From an uncultured Halobacteriales archaeon (GTDB lineage Archaea > Halobacteriota > Halobacteria > Halobacteriales > PXRE01), in contig CAYTAG010000006.1 in the NCBI GenBank assembly GCA_964435625.1, forward strand, positions 1 through 42,624: a DNA stretch of 42,624 bases. Direction: 5' to 3'. Positions 19,122 through 28,646 of this stretch are shown piece after piece. The notes beneath the pieces are model-generated. The model searched no databases. It worked only from the letters and a program-made list of their open reading frames with translations, and had not been told where the DNA came from. Numbering within the stretch: the stretch's first letter is position 1; each line of letters starts with the position of its first letter. Made by a program: the position numbers and the translations under genes.

Positions 19122-22100
19122 ATGGCTAACGGACTCACCGAGCGACAACGACGGGCGATAGCGGGACGGGCACGGACGCTGTTCGAACGGATCGATGGCC
19201 CCTCGAACGTGGCCGGCGAGGACCCTGCGATCCCGCCCGACCGGATCATCGCGGAGTGGAAGGACCTGTATCCGGACGAGCGAGCGTTCCGGGACCGGCT
19301 CTCCAGGGACGGGCTGACGGAAGCGACCGTCCGGGAGGCGGTCGCCGCGACGAGCTGGCCGGCGGAGGAACCGCTCCCCGACTGGGTCGACACCGTCGAC
19401 GCCCTGGTCCAGCACGTCGAGACTGCTCGACCGGGCGGTCGAGGCGACGTCACGGTCCCGGAGGAAACGCCGTTCGCGGAACTGCTGGTCGTCGTCGCCG
19501 AGTTCGCACGGGAACGGCTCCCCGAGGGGACCGTCCCCATGGACGCGGCGTCGCCGGCGGTCGAGTGGCTCCTCTCGCGGCTAGAGATGGTGTCCCTCCG
19601 GCCGACCTACGTCGAGTTCAAGAGTTTCGTCGACCACTACGATCCCGACCTCGCGGCGGCCGATCCCGACGAGTTCGAGGAGCCACCGACGGAGTACTAC
19701 GAGGAGTTCGTCGAGGCCGTCTTCGACGGGGGGTTCCGGAACGTCTGCCTGGAGTACCCGGTCCTGGCGCGGTTCCTCGGCCTGGTGATCGACGCCTGGG
19801 TCGACGCCGTCGTGGAGGTCTGCCGACGGATCGACGCCGACGAGGCCGCGTTGCGGTCCCGGTTCGGCGTCGAGGGCGACGTCACCGAACTGGAACCGCT
19901 CAGCAAGGACACCCACGGCGGTGGCCGGGTTCCGTTCCGGGTCCGCTTCGAGACCGGGGCGGTCGTGTACAAACCGAGGCCGGTCGACGCCGGTATCGCG
20001 TTTCACACCGTCCTGGAGCGACTCGACGAACACCTCCCGACGCCGTCGTTCGAGTCCCGGAGCTACCTGTCCCGGGAGGGCTACGGCTGGATGGAACCGA
20101 TCCGGTTCCGGGAACCCGACGACGAGGCCGCCCTCGACCGCTACTACGAACGGGCGGGGGCGATCCTGTGTGTCGCCTACGCGCTCGGGTTCACCGACTG
20201 CCAGCACGAGAACCTGATCGTCGACGGCGAACACCCGACGATAGTCGACGGGGAGACGGCGTTTCACCCGTGGCTCGATCCCGACGAAACCCCGGTCAAA
20301 TCGGCCGTCAAGCACGTCGTCGACCGGACCGTCCTGCTCACCGGGTTGCTCCCGTGGGACGTCGGGGATCCCCGCAAGACCGACGAACGGGGGATGGTGT
20401 ACACGGCCGGGTTCGGGTCGGAGGGCGAACAGGTGGTCCTGCAGGACCGGTTCGTCCCGAACGTCGAGGCGATCAACACCGACGTGATGTCCATCGAACC
20501 CGCGGAAGTGCGGATCCACCCCGAGGACAACGTGCCGACGGTCGACGGCGAGGCACATCCGCCGGGCGACCACGCGGACGCGTTGATCCGCGGGTTCGAG
20601 CGGACCCACCGGACGATCCGGGAGTTGCACGATTCCGGGCGGTTTTTCCCCGAGATCGCGACCCGGGACCTGATCGACGGCGTCGAGAACCGGCTCGTGT
20701 ACCGGTCGACGATGAAGTACACGATGCTCCGGCAGTCGGCCGTCGCCAGGAATCCGCTCCGGGACGGGGTCAGGCTGTCGGTCGAGTTCGACGAACTCGC
20801 CGTCCCGTTCGTCGACGCCGAATCGGATCGTCCCTGGCGGATCCACGAGGCCGAGCGCCGGTCGCTCCGCCGGTTCGACGTGCCGCGGCTGACGGCCACC
20901 CCCGGGGAGCGGACGCTCTCGCACGACGGGAAGGCGCTGGGCGTCGGGGCCGACGAATCGGGCTACGACCGGTGTCGACGCAGGCTCGATTCGATGGACG
21001 CCGCAGACGGGCGGCGGCAGTCCTGGCTGATCCGACGGATCGTCGACCCGGGGACGCCGGACCCGGCGACGGCGTCGTCCGTCGAACTGACCGGAACGGA
21101 CCTCGAACGCACGGCGAGCGCCCTCTTCGAGGACGCCCGGGACGCCGGGATCGAGACGGCCGACGGGACCGAGTGGTTCTCGGTCTGTCAGGCACCCGGG
21201 GCGATCAACTTCGTCCGGGCGAACCCCTCGCTGTTCTGGGGGCGGGGCGGGATCGCCCTCGCCGCAGGGGCGCTGTACGAGGTGACGGGCCAGCGACGGT
21301 ACCGCCGGTCCGTCGAGGAACTGCTCGACCCGGTGGTCGACGACGTCGCCGACGGCGGCCTCTCCCTGGGGCTGGGCGGGACCAAAGGACTGGGGTCGGT
21401 CGTGTACACGCTGTCGGTCGTCGCCGACCTCGTCGAGGAAGCGCCCTACCGCCGCGCCGCGCTGGAGGCCTCGCGGTCGGTAACCGGGGAACTGCTCGCC
21501 GGCGACGACACCTTCGACGTCATGGAAGGCGCCGCGGGAACGTTGCTCGGACTGCTCGCCCACTACGAACGGTTCGGGGGCCGGGACGTCCTCGACCGCG
21601 CCATCGCCTGTGGCGAGCGCCTCCTCGAGGCCCGGGTCGACGTCGACGGCCACCGGGTCTGGCTGACCATCGACGACGGGGCCCCGCTCACGGGCTTTTC
21701 CCACGGGGCCAGCGGGATCGCGTACGCGCTCGCCCGACTCGGCGCGGTCGCCGACGAGTCGCGGTTCGCCGACGCCGCCAGGGAAGCGCTCCGGTTCGAG
21801 GACGCGCTGTTCGACGCCTCGCGGACGAACTGGGCCGACTCGCCACGGCAACGGGAGTACCAGGATCGGTGGTGTCACGGCCGGACCGGGATGGCGCTGG
21901 CCCGGATCGGGATCGGCGACCGTCTCGACGACGAGTCGCTGGTCGCCGAGGCCGGGGAGTTGCTGGCGGCGACGGCGAACGACGACCCGGCACACCTCGA
22001 CAACCTCTGCTGTGGGAACTTCGGTCGAACCGGGGCGTTGCTCGTGGCCGCGCGCCGGGCCGGCGGCGAGGTCGAGGCCGCGACCGAACTCGCGGGGCGG

Positions 22101-22259
22101 TGCGTCGCCCGCCGGGAGCGCGACGGTGCGCTGTCGCTGCCCGGCCACGACGAGTCCTTCGTCAACCCGACGTTCTTCGACGGCGTCTCCGGGGCCGCCT
22201 ACGCGTTGTTGCGGCTCCGGGACCCCGACGCCTTGCCCTGCGTCCTCCTGCTGGAGTGA
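19122..22259 (+). CDS. lanM: Class II lanthipeptide synthetase LanM
   Basis: Dehydratase motifs DTHGGGR, VYKPRP, DCQHEN, DGET, RxTxxY; LanC-like cyclase motifs GFSHGASG, WCHG, CCG. Confidence 0.95.
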   Translation: MANGLTERQRRAIAGRARTLFERIDGPSNVAGEDPAIPPDRIIAEWKDLYPDERAFRDRLSRDGLTEATVREAVAATSWPAEEPLPDWVDTVDALVQHVETARPGGRGDVTVPEETPFAELLVVVAEFARERLPEGTVPMDAASPAVEWLLSRLEMVSLRPTYVEFKSFVDHYDPDLAAADPDEFEEPPTEYYEEFVEAVFDGGFRNVCLEYPVLARFLGLVIDAWVDAVVEVCRRIDADEAALRSRFGVEGDVTELEPLSKDTHGGGRVPFRVRFETGAVVYKPRPVDAGIAFHTVLERLDEHLPTPSFESRSYLSREGYGWMEPIRFREPDDEAALDRYYERAGAILCVAYALGFTDCQHENLIVDGEHPTIVDGETAFHPWLDPDETPVKSAVKHVVDRTVLLTGLLPWDVGDPRKTDERGMVYTAGFGSEGEQVVLQDRFVPNVEAINTDVMSIEPAEVRIHPEDNVPTVDGEAHPPGDHADALIRGFERTHRTIRELHDSGRFFPEIATRDLIDGVENRLVYRSTMKYTMLRQSAVARNPLRDGVRLSVEFDELAVPFVDAESDRPWRIHEAERRSLRRFDVPRLTATPGERTLSHDGKALGVGADESGYDRCRRRLDSMDAADGRRQSWLIRRIVDPGTPDPATASSVELTGTDLERTASALFEDARDAGIETADGTEWFSVCQAPGAINFVRANPSLFWGRGGIALAAGALYEVTGQRRYRRSVEELLDPVVDDVADGGLSLGLGGTKGLGSVVYTLSVVADLVEEAPYRRAALEASRSVTGELLAGDDTFDVMEGAAGTLLGLLAHYERFGGRDVLDRAIACGERLLEARVDVDGHRVWLTIDDGAPLTGFSHGASGIAYALARLGAVADESRFADAAREALRFEDALFDASRTNWADSPRQREYQDRWCHGRTGMALARIGIGDRLDDESLVAEAGELLAATANDDPAHLDNLCCGNFGRTGALLVAARRAGGEVEAATELAGRCVARRERDGALSLPGHDESFVNPTFFDGVSGAAYALLRLRDPDALPCVLLLE

Positions 22260-22421
22260 CGGGCGGCTGGGCGACCGACCGCCGAACGGGGCGTGGCGGG
22301 CCGGGAAGTGCGATCGGACGCCCCGGGACGTCGCGTGTGACCCCCCGTCGGCTGTCGTTGCGACGAGTTTGCGGTAGGTCACGCCCGCAGTACGTCCCCC
22401 GGTAACCCTCGCCGGAACCGC

Positions 22422-23459
22422 TCAGTCCCGGTTCCGGAGCCACGCCAGGAGGTCGCTCGCGGAGGGGGAGTCCGCGGCGAGGTCGGACTCCGCGAGGACT
22501 GTCTCCGCTTCGTCCTCGCTGACCTTCTCGCCGCCGAGCCTGGCCGACCGTTCGAGGAGGTCCGACACCTCCTCGACCGTCGACAGGAAGGAATCGAGGT
22601 CCGCGACCACCTGCGCGTAGGCGGCCGCCGGTTCGGCGGGGAGGGCGTCCCTGGCGTCCTGGAACGCACCGTGTGCGGACCAGAACTTCACCTCAGCGTT
22701 GCCGAGGCTACCGTTCGCGTAGTCGTCGGCCGCCTCGGCGAAGTCGGGCATCCCCTCCCGGGTCGACTGGAGGGCCTCCCGGACCGCGCCCGCAGTCGCG
22801 CGTTCCGCCGCGAGCTGGTCCCGTTTGGCGGCGTACCCGTCCTCGGTGATCGCGTCCGTGACGGCCGTCGCCCCGGCATCGGCGTCCTCGGCGAGCGAGT
22901 CGAGGCCCCTGCCCACGGCGTCCCGGCGGTCGCCCATCCGTCCCAGGTGGTTCTCCAGGTCGTCGAAGGACTCCCCGATGGTGGCCGGCACTCCATCGCG
23001 TGCGGCGGTCCAGAGCCGGTGGGCCCCGGACTGGACGTCGCCCACGTCCGCGAGGAACGACCGGAGGTGCCGCAGGTCCGCGACGGTCGCCTGCTGGTCC
23101 TCGGTGGCGTGTTCGGCCGCGGCGTCGAGTTCGTCGGCCATCGCGTCAAGGGCGTCGGTGACGCCCGCGACGTCCGGTTCGACGCGCCCGTCGACTGCCG
23201 TCAGATCCTCGCCGTCGGCGGGGGCGAGGAAAGCCGCCACCGCGTCATGGAGGTGACCGTCGGCCGCGTCGAGGTGGTCGGCGGTGACCAACTCGTCGCT
23301 GGGCGTGGCCGTGGGCTCGTCGGCCGGGGTCGCAGTAGGCGTCTCCGTCGCGGTCGGAGTCGGCGACTCGGTCGTCGGTTCGTCCGTCGACGGGTCGTCG
23401 CTGCCCGTACAGCCGGCGAGGACGGCCGCCGTGATCGCCAGGTAAGCCCGTCGATGCAT
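22422..23459 (-). CDS. Tat-exported lipoprotein, helical, unknown function
   Basis: MHRRAYL...LAGC twin-Arg signal plus lipobox, followed by a T/P linker. Confidence 0.8.
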   Translation of the reverse strand: MHRRAYLAITAAVLAGCTGSDDPSTDEPTTESPTPTATETPTATPADEPTATPSDELVTADHLDAADGHLHDAVAAFLAPADGEDLTAVDGRVEPDVAGVTDALDAMADELDAAAEHATEDQQATVADLRHLRSFLADVGDVQSGAHRLWTAARDGVPATIGESFDDLENHLGRMGDRRDAVGRGLDSLAEDADAGATAVTDAITEDGYAAKRDQLAAERATAGAVREALQSTREGMPDFAEAADDYANGSLGNAEVKFWSAHGAFQDARDALPAEPAAAYAQVVADLDSFLSTVEEVSDLLERSARLGGEKVSEDEAETVLAESDLAADSPSASDLLAWLRNRD

Positions 23460-23504
23460 GTTCCGGCCGACTGCGCCCGGAAGGAAAACGGTTCGGGCCG
23501 CGAG

Positions 23505-23780
23505 TCACTCCGCGTACAGCGAGTACAGGATGATCCCGAATCCCAGCGCCGTGAGCACGCTCTCGGCGAGGAGGGCCCAGTCGCGGTCGAGCGCGACCAG
23601 CTGGTCGAGCAGGCCCGCGAGTATCGCCCCGAGCGTGACCACCCCGAATCCCAGCGCCAGCAAGCCGAGCGACCGGGCGTCGGTCCGGCGGTACGCCCGG
23701 TACGCGAAGTAGGTCACCAGCCCGCCCATGACCAGCGACAGCGTCTTGAACGCGACGACGGTCGTGACGTGCGGACTCAC
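23505..23780 (-). CDS. Small 3-TM membrane protein coupled to an HTH regulator
   Basis: GTG start overlapping the upstream stop; KTLSLVMGGLVTYFAYRAYRRT...GFGIILYSLY. Confidence 0.75.
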   Translation of the reverse strand: MSPHVTTVVAFKTLSLVMGGLVTYFAYRAYRRTDARSLGLLALGFGVVTLGAILAGLLDQLVALDRDWALLAESVLTALGFGIILYSLYAE

Positions 23781-24154
23781 GTTTCCTTGCGCACCTCCGA
23801 CCACATGTCGGCGAGCCGTTCGTCCGGCGTCCGCGCCGGGCGGTCGAGTTCGACGCCGAACGCCAGGTCCTCCGAGAGGGGGAACCGGACCTCCTCGACG
23901 TCGATCACGTACCGCGTCGTGTGGTGGCCGTCCGACCGGATCTCGGTCCGCTCGTCCAGGATCGTCGCCTCGGTGAGTTTGTCCAGCTTCCGGTAGGCCG
24001 TCGACTGGGGAATCTCCGTCGTCGAGGCCAGTTCCTGTGCGCTCATGGGCTCTTCGAGGTGATTGACGATGGTCCGGCAGTCTTGGTCGTGCAGCGCGTC
24101 CAGCACCGCCTGCACCTCCGGCGCCTCCTCGGCGCCGAGGGGGTCCCGAACCAT
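23777..24154 (-). CDS. ArsR-like winged-HTH transcription regulator
   Basis: VLDALHDQDCRTI...MSAQELA...IPQSTAYRKLDKL. Confidence 0.85.
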   Translation of the reverse strand: MVRDPLGAEEAPEVQAVLDALHDQDCRTIVNHLEEPMSAQELASTTEIPQSTAYRKLDKLTEATILDERTEIRSDGHHTTRYVIDVEEVRFPLSEDLAFGVELDRPARTPDERLADMWSEVRKET

Positions 24155-24285
24155 TACCGCCCGCTTCCGCCCCTGCCGGTAAAGGTCATTCGGAACCGAC
24201 GGTACGGACGGCGTGCCGCCGCGGCCCCAGCCGGACGAACACGTTCGGCAACACTGATTCCCAGCGGGACCGAATGTATTCGCCC

Positions 24286-24392
24286 ATGCCCCAGGCCGAA
24301 CTGACGGTCTCGATCCCCGAGGACGTCTGGATCGGCGCCGTCACGCGCTCGTACCCGGAGACGAAGGTCCGGGTGCTGTCGGCGATGGCCGC
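24286..24392 (+). pseudogene. N-terminal relic of a Bat/HTH-10-type regulator
   Basis: MPQAELTVSIPEDVWIGAVTRSYPETKVRVLSAM, then degenerates with no C-terminal HTH. Confidence 0.5.
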
Positions 24393-24948
24393 CATCGGTC
24401 GAACGGGGTCGTTCCGGCCGGGAAGTCGTACTGGCGAACGTGTTCGGGTCAAGGGCAGGGCGCTCCGGGCGAGCGATTCCGATCCGAAGGATCGACCCCG
24501 GTCCGGCCGGTCCCGGTTCGTGGTAGAACGCGTCGAAAGCCCGAACAGCAGAGGAGACGGCGTCCAGCGCCGTCGGCCTCCAGGAGCGTTCGCGTCGGCG
24601 ACGGATCGGTGCGCCGACGGTCGATACGCCCTCAGCCGGATGGCATCATCGGGCCGGTCGCGGTCGTTGGAGAACGACGGCCGGCCGTGACGGTTACTAC
24701 CTGACAGTTCGCGTCCGAACGGTTAACGATTTTGATTCCGGGTTCGCGGACGAACGTCCACGTCGCCCCGGTCGAGCGTAACGTATATGAGGTCGTCGCC
24801 TGAAAATCACGACGAACTGGGTTTCGTCCCGGCCTTTCTCCGCCAGCAACCGGTCACCACCCGTGGGACCGTCGGTGGACTGCGTCGCCGCGGCGCGGGT
24901 GGCCGTGCGGCCGTCGGCGCGTGTCCGGGACCGGCCCTCCGACTATCC

Positions 24949-25158
24949 ATGACGCACGAAACAGACCTTCCGTGTTCGGACTGCGGTACGGCCCTCCTCG
25001 AAGCGACCGTTCCGGTCGAGCAACTCCCGGCCTCGACGGGTCGGCAGGGAACGGTGACGGTCGCCGAGTGTCCGGAATGCGGTGCCCGTTACTATCCCGA
25101 GTCGACGGTGACCGATCTGTTCGCGGGCCCGAACGGGTCGGCTCAGGGCGAACGGTAG
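24949..25158 (+). CDS. Small CxxC zinc-finger protein (CPxCG-type)
   Basis: CSDCG...CPECG. Confidence 0.75.
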   Translation: MTHETDLPCSDCGTALLEATVPVEQLPASTGRQGTVTVAECPECGARYYPESTVTDLFAGPNGSAQGER

Positions 25159-25160
25159 CG

Positions 25161-25811
25161 ATGGACGGACGCGCCGATGAGGAAGACGAACCGGCGGTCA
25201 GCCTCCCCGGGTCCCTCGCCGCGGGGGCCGTCCTCGTCGCCGGCCCGACCGACCCCGCCGAGGACGGCCTCTGTCTCCGTGCATTGTGTGCGTACCGCTC
25301 CCCCGACGACGAAGCGCTCGTCGTGACGACGACCGAGGGTGCCGACGAGACCCGGTCCCGGTTCGAGGCGGTGTGTCCGAACGTGGGTGGCCGGCCACTC
25401 GCGGTCGTCGACACGGTCTCCAGACGCGAGTACCTGCCGTCGCTCTACACCGAGGAACCGACCGTCTTCACGTCCTCGCCGGGCGACCTCGAACGGATCG
25501 TCCTCGCGCTGTCGGACCTGACCCGCGGCGGCCACCCCTCGTCCGGTGGGCGCCACTTCGTCGTCCGCTCGCTCACACCGATGCTCGCGGCGGCCCCGGT
25601 CGAGCGCGTCCCGCCCGTCGTCGAGCGGATCGCCGGCCTCCGGACCGACGACGGCTACGGGTTCCTCGGGCTGGACTTCACGGCCCACGACGAGGAGACG
25701 GTGGCCGAACTCGTGGCGTGCGTCGACGGCGTCCTCTGGTTCTCGACGGCCGACGACGGCACCGTCGAGTTCGAACTCCGCTCGACGAGGGCGTCCTCGA
25801 CGCGCTCGTGA
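25161..25811 (+). CDS. Degenerate RecA/KaiC-like (DUF835-like) haloarchaeal protein
   Basis: ALVVTT, SSPGDLERI, VRSLTPML, AHDEETV...VDGVL. Confidence 0.6.
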   Translation: MDGRADEEDEPAVSLPGSLAAGAVLVAGPTDPAEDGLCLRALCAYRSPDDEALVVTTTEGADETRSRFEAVCPNVGGRPLAVVDTVSRREYLPSLYTEEPTVFTSSPGDLERIVLALSDLTRGGHPSSGGRHFVVRSLTPMLAAAPVERVPPVVERIAGLRTDDGYGFLGLDFTAHDEETVAELVACVDGVLWFSTADDGTVEFELRSTRASSTRS

Positions 25812-26048
25812 TCCGGGGTCGGCCCGACTGCTTCGAACGCCCCCGCGGACGTCCCGACTGCCTCGAACGCCCGTACGGCCGAGTTTCCGCGGGTATATAC
25901 GGCTGGATCGCCAACGTTCGCGTATCCGAAAGACGTGCTGTCCCCTGCACGGTCACGGTGAACGGCGTCGGAACGCCGTTCGTTCGGTACCGTTCTCGCG
26001 GCGTCCGTCCGGTACCGTGCCCGTGGACCGCTCTGATCGGCGACACCT

Positions 26049-27386
26049 ATGGAAATCGAAATCGCAACCGTCGGCGGCTACGAGGAAGTCGGCCGCCAGA
26101 TGACCGCAATCCGTGCCGGCGACGACGTCGTCGTCTTCGACATGGGCCTGAACCTCTCGAAGGTACTGATCCACGACAACGTCCAGACCGAGGGAATGCA
26201 CTCGCTGGACCTCATCGACATGGGAGCGATCCCTGACGACCGGGTCATGAGCGAACTGGGCGGGCAGGTGCGAGCCATCGTGCCCACCCACGGTCACCTC
26301 GACCACATCGGGGCCATCTCCAAACTCGCCCACCGGTACGACGCACCGATCGTCGCCAGTCCCTTCACGCTCGAACTGGTGCGCGAGGAGATCCGCGACG
26401 AAGACAAGTTCGGCGTCGACAACGACCTCGTCGAGATGGACGTCGGCGAGACGATGGAGATCGGCGAGGGGCTCGAACTGGAGTTCGTCAACGTCACCCA
26501 CTCGATCATCGACGCGATCAACCCCGTCTTGCACACGCCGGAGGGCGCCATCGTTTACGGCCTGGACAAGCGCATCGATCACGACCCCGTGTTGGGCGAC
26601 CCAATCGACATGAAGCGGTTCCGCGAACTGGGTCGCGAGGGGGTGCTCTGTTACATCGAGGACTGCACCAACGCCAACAAGAAGGGCCGCACGCCCAGCG
26701 AGTCGGTCGCGCGCCGACACCTCGAGGACGTCCTCCACAGCCTGGAGGACTACGACGGCGGCATCGTCGCCACGACCTTCTCCAGCCACATCGCCCGCGT
26801 CAAGAGCCTCGTCGAGTTCGCCAACGAGATCGACCGCACGCCGATGCTACTCGGGCGGTCGATGGAGACGTACTCGGGGACGGCCCGGCGGCTGGACGTC
26901 CCGTATCCGGAGAGCCTGGAGATGTACGGCCACCGCCGGCCGATCGAACAGGCGTTCGAGCGCATCATGAACGAGGGCAAGGAGAACTTCCTGCCGGTCG
27001 TGACGGGCCACCAGGGCGAGCCGCGAGCGATGCTCACCCGGATGGGTCGCGGCGAGACGCCGTACGAACTGGACGAGGGCGACAAGGTCATCTTCTCGGC
27101 GCGGGTCATCCCGGAGCCGACCAACGAGGGCCAGCGCTACCAGTGCGAGAAACTGCTGGGCATGCAGGGCGCCCGCATCTACGACGACATCCACGTCTCC
27201 GGGCACCTCTCGCGGGAAGGTCACTACGAGATGCTGCAGGCGCTGCAGCCCCAGCACGTGATTCCGGCCCACCAGGACATGGGCGGCTACTCGGGGTACG
27301 TCGACCTCGCCTCCGACCAGGGGTACGAACTCGGCCGCGATCTGCACGTCACCTCGAACGGGAACACGATCCAGCTCGTCGAGTGA
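26049..27386 (+). CDS. rnj: Ribonuclease J (beta-CASP)
   Basis: [48 protein letters not shown]. Confidence 0.93.
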   Translation: MEIEIATVGGYEEVGRQMTAIRAGDDVVVFDMGLNLSKVLIHDNVQTEGMHSLDLIDMGAIPDDRVMSELGGQVRAIVPTHGHLDHIGAISKLAHRYDAPIVASPFTLELVREEIRDEDKFGVDNDLVEMDVGETMEIGEGLELEFVNVTHSIIDAINPVLHTPEGAIVYGLDKRIDHDPVLGDPIDMKRFRELGREGVLCYIEDCTNANKKGRTPSESVARRHLEDVLHSLEDYDGGIVATTFSSHIARVKSLVEFANEIDRTPMLLGRSMETYSGTARRLDVPYPESLEMYGHRRPIEQAFERIMNEGKENFLPVVTGHQGEPRAMLTRMGRGETPYELDEGDKVIFSARVIPEPTNEGQRYQCEKLLGMQGARIYDDIHVSGHLSREGHYEMLQALQPQHVIPAHQDMGGYSGYVDLASDQGYELGRDLHVTSNGNTIQLVE

Positions 27387-27524
27387 CCTTCCTGTTCGTC
27401 GAGTGATCTACCACTGCGACGGCGTCGTACGCCAGTCCGCCGCTGGTGGCCTCGACGCCCGCTTGGATGGGAACCCAGGTGCGGACGAGCGTGACCGCGA
27501 CGGCGTACCGGGCGCGGAAACTCG

Positions 27525-27877
27525 TCATCGTGAGGATGCGGCGGTTGACCGCCAGGTCCGCGAACCCCCTGACGTCCCCAGGATGGCGGCGGCGAACCGC
27601 CAGGCGTTGGCCGTCCCGATGTGGTTCGCGCGCTGGCCGGGCGGTGCCAACTCGCCGACGAGCGCGAGACTCGTCAGTCCGGCCCCGGTCACGGCGATGC
27701 CCTGCAGCGCGCGAGCGCCGATGAACTGGCCGCTGGTGGCGACGAGTGCGATGACGAACCCGGAGGGGTCGAACAGGTCGATGTAGGTCGGCGACAGGGT
27801 GAGCAACGTGACCAGGCCGAACCCCTCGCGAAGCGGGTGAGATAGATGGCCTGCAGTTGCTTTGAACGCTCGGTCAC
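27525..27877 (-). pseudogene. Fragmentary, frameshifted MFS transporter
   Basis: AIYLTRFA / GFGLVTLLTL..., ARALQGIAVTGAGLTSLALVGELAP..RANHIG in two frames; truncated. Confidence 0.65.
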
Positions 27878-28034
27878 CCTCGATTGTGTCCCGGGGCCGG
27901 GAAAGTGTATTTCGGTTCGAAGCAGCCACTCGTGAGGGTCTGTCCCGGACTGACGTGCGGTTGACGACGCCAGCGAACGGGTTACTGATCGACCGACCCG
28001 TCGACCGACGCGACGTATCGTCGAACGAATCCGT

Positions 28035-28157
28035 TACCTCTACCAGGCGATGGTCGAGATACGGAACTCGCGCCTCCAGGGAGTGGTTCATCGTCGAGCG
28101 GTCAACTTTGTGGAGAAGATCGTCCGGGAGCCAGTACGTAATATCGAACTGTGTCAT
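28035..28157 (-). pseudogene. C-terminal fragment of an asparagine synthetase (AsnB)-like gene
   Basis: WLPDDLLHKVDRSTMNHSLEARVPYLDHRLVE. Confidence 0.7.
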
Positions 28158-28646
28158 ATTGTGGAAAAGGGGGCGGATTCGTCAGTAGAAACACAGTCCG
28201 GCAGTTTTCGCCAACCGGTTCGAGGGAATCTCGTCACGCCGAGCACGACGGCGAGAAGCTTCGCTGAGGACGCAGCGATGGGCGAGAGCGGCCCTTCGAG
28301 CGGGACGAAACCTGGATCCCCACGTCACCGCTACCCGCGAGACGAACGACCAGTCTAGAGCGTCCGCCGATGAGCGGACGCCGATCGTTGTGGACGTCGG
28401 AGAAGCGAGCCTCGTCACGGTGTCACCGTGACGACCACGGTTCTCCGGGTCGCCCCCGATCATTGGCCGACGACGGCGAAGCCGTTCGTCGGCTCCGCAA
28501 AACCGACTGCATCCCACGGCAGTTGAAGAGCCCGTCGTCAAACAGGAGTCTCGTCTCGACGTCGAGCCCCGCATAGACTCACTCGCCGTCGGTCAGGACA
28601 GCGGTTTCGTCGACCGCGACCCGGACGGCGACGCCCGTCAGAGCGT

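Noticed and set aside
19256-22405. Very long alternative-frame ORFs (1049 aa on +, 933 aa on -) over lanM; similar ones over rps3, rpl3 and the toxin gene
   Set aside because: Arg/Gly/Pro-rich shadow ORFs expected from high-GC codon bias; no motifs.
25823-25872. Two near-identical 20-bp repeats (CCCGACTGCyTCGAACGCCC) with 30-bp period as a mini-CRISPR
   Set aside because: Only two copies, a 10-bp spacer and no cas genes; a simple tandem duplication.
28035-28157. AsnB-like fragment as a lasso-peptide cyclase
   Set aside because: The motif is ordinary AsnB-type, only ~40 aa remain, and there is no precursor or B protein.
28480-28600. Possible transposase relic (minus strand AGLDVETRLLFDDGLFN)
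   Set aside because: Too short and degenerate to support without a search.
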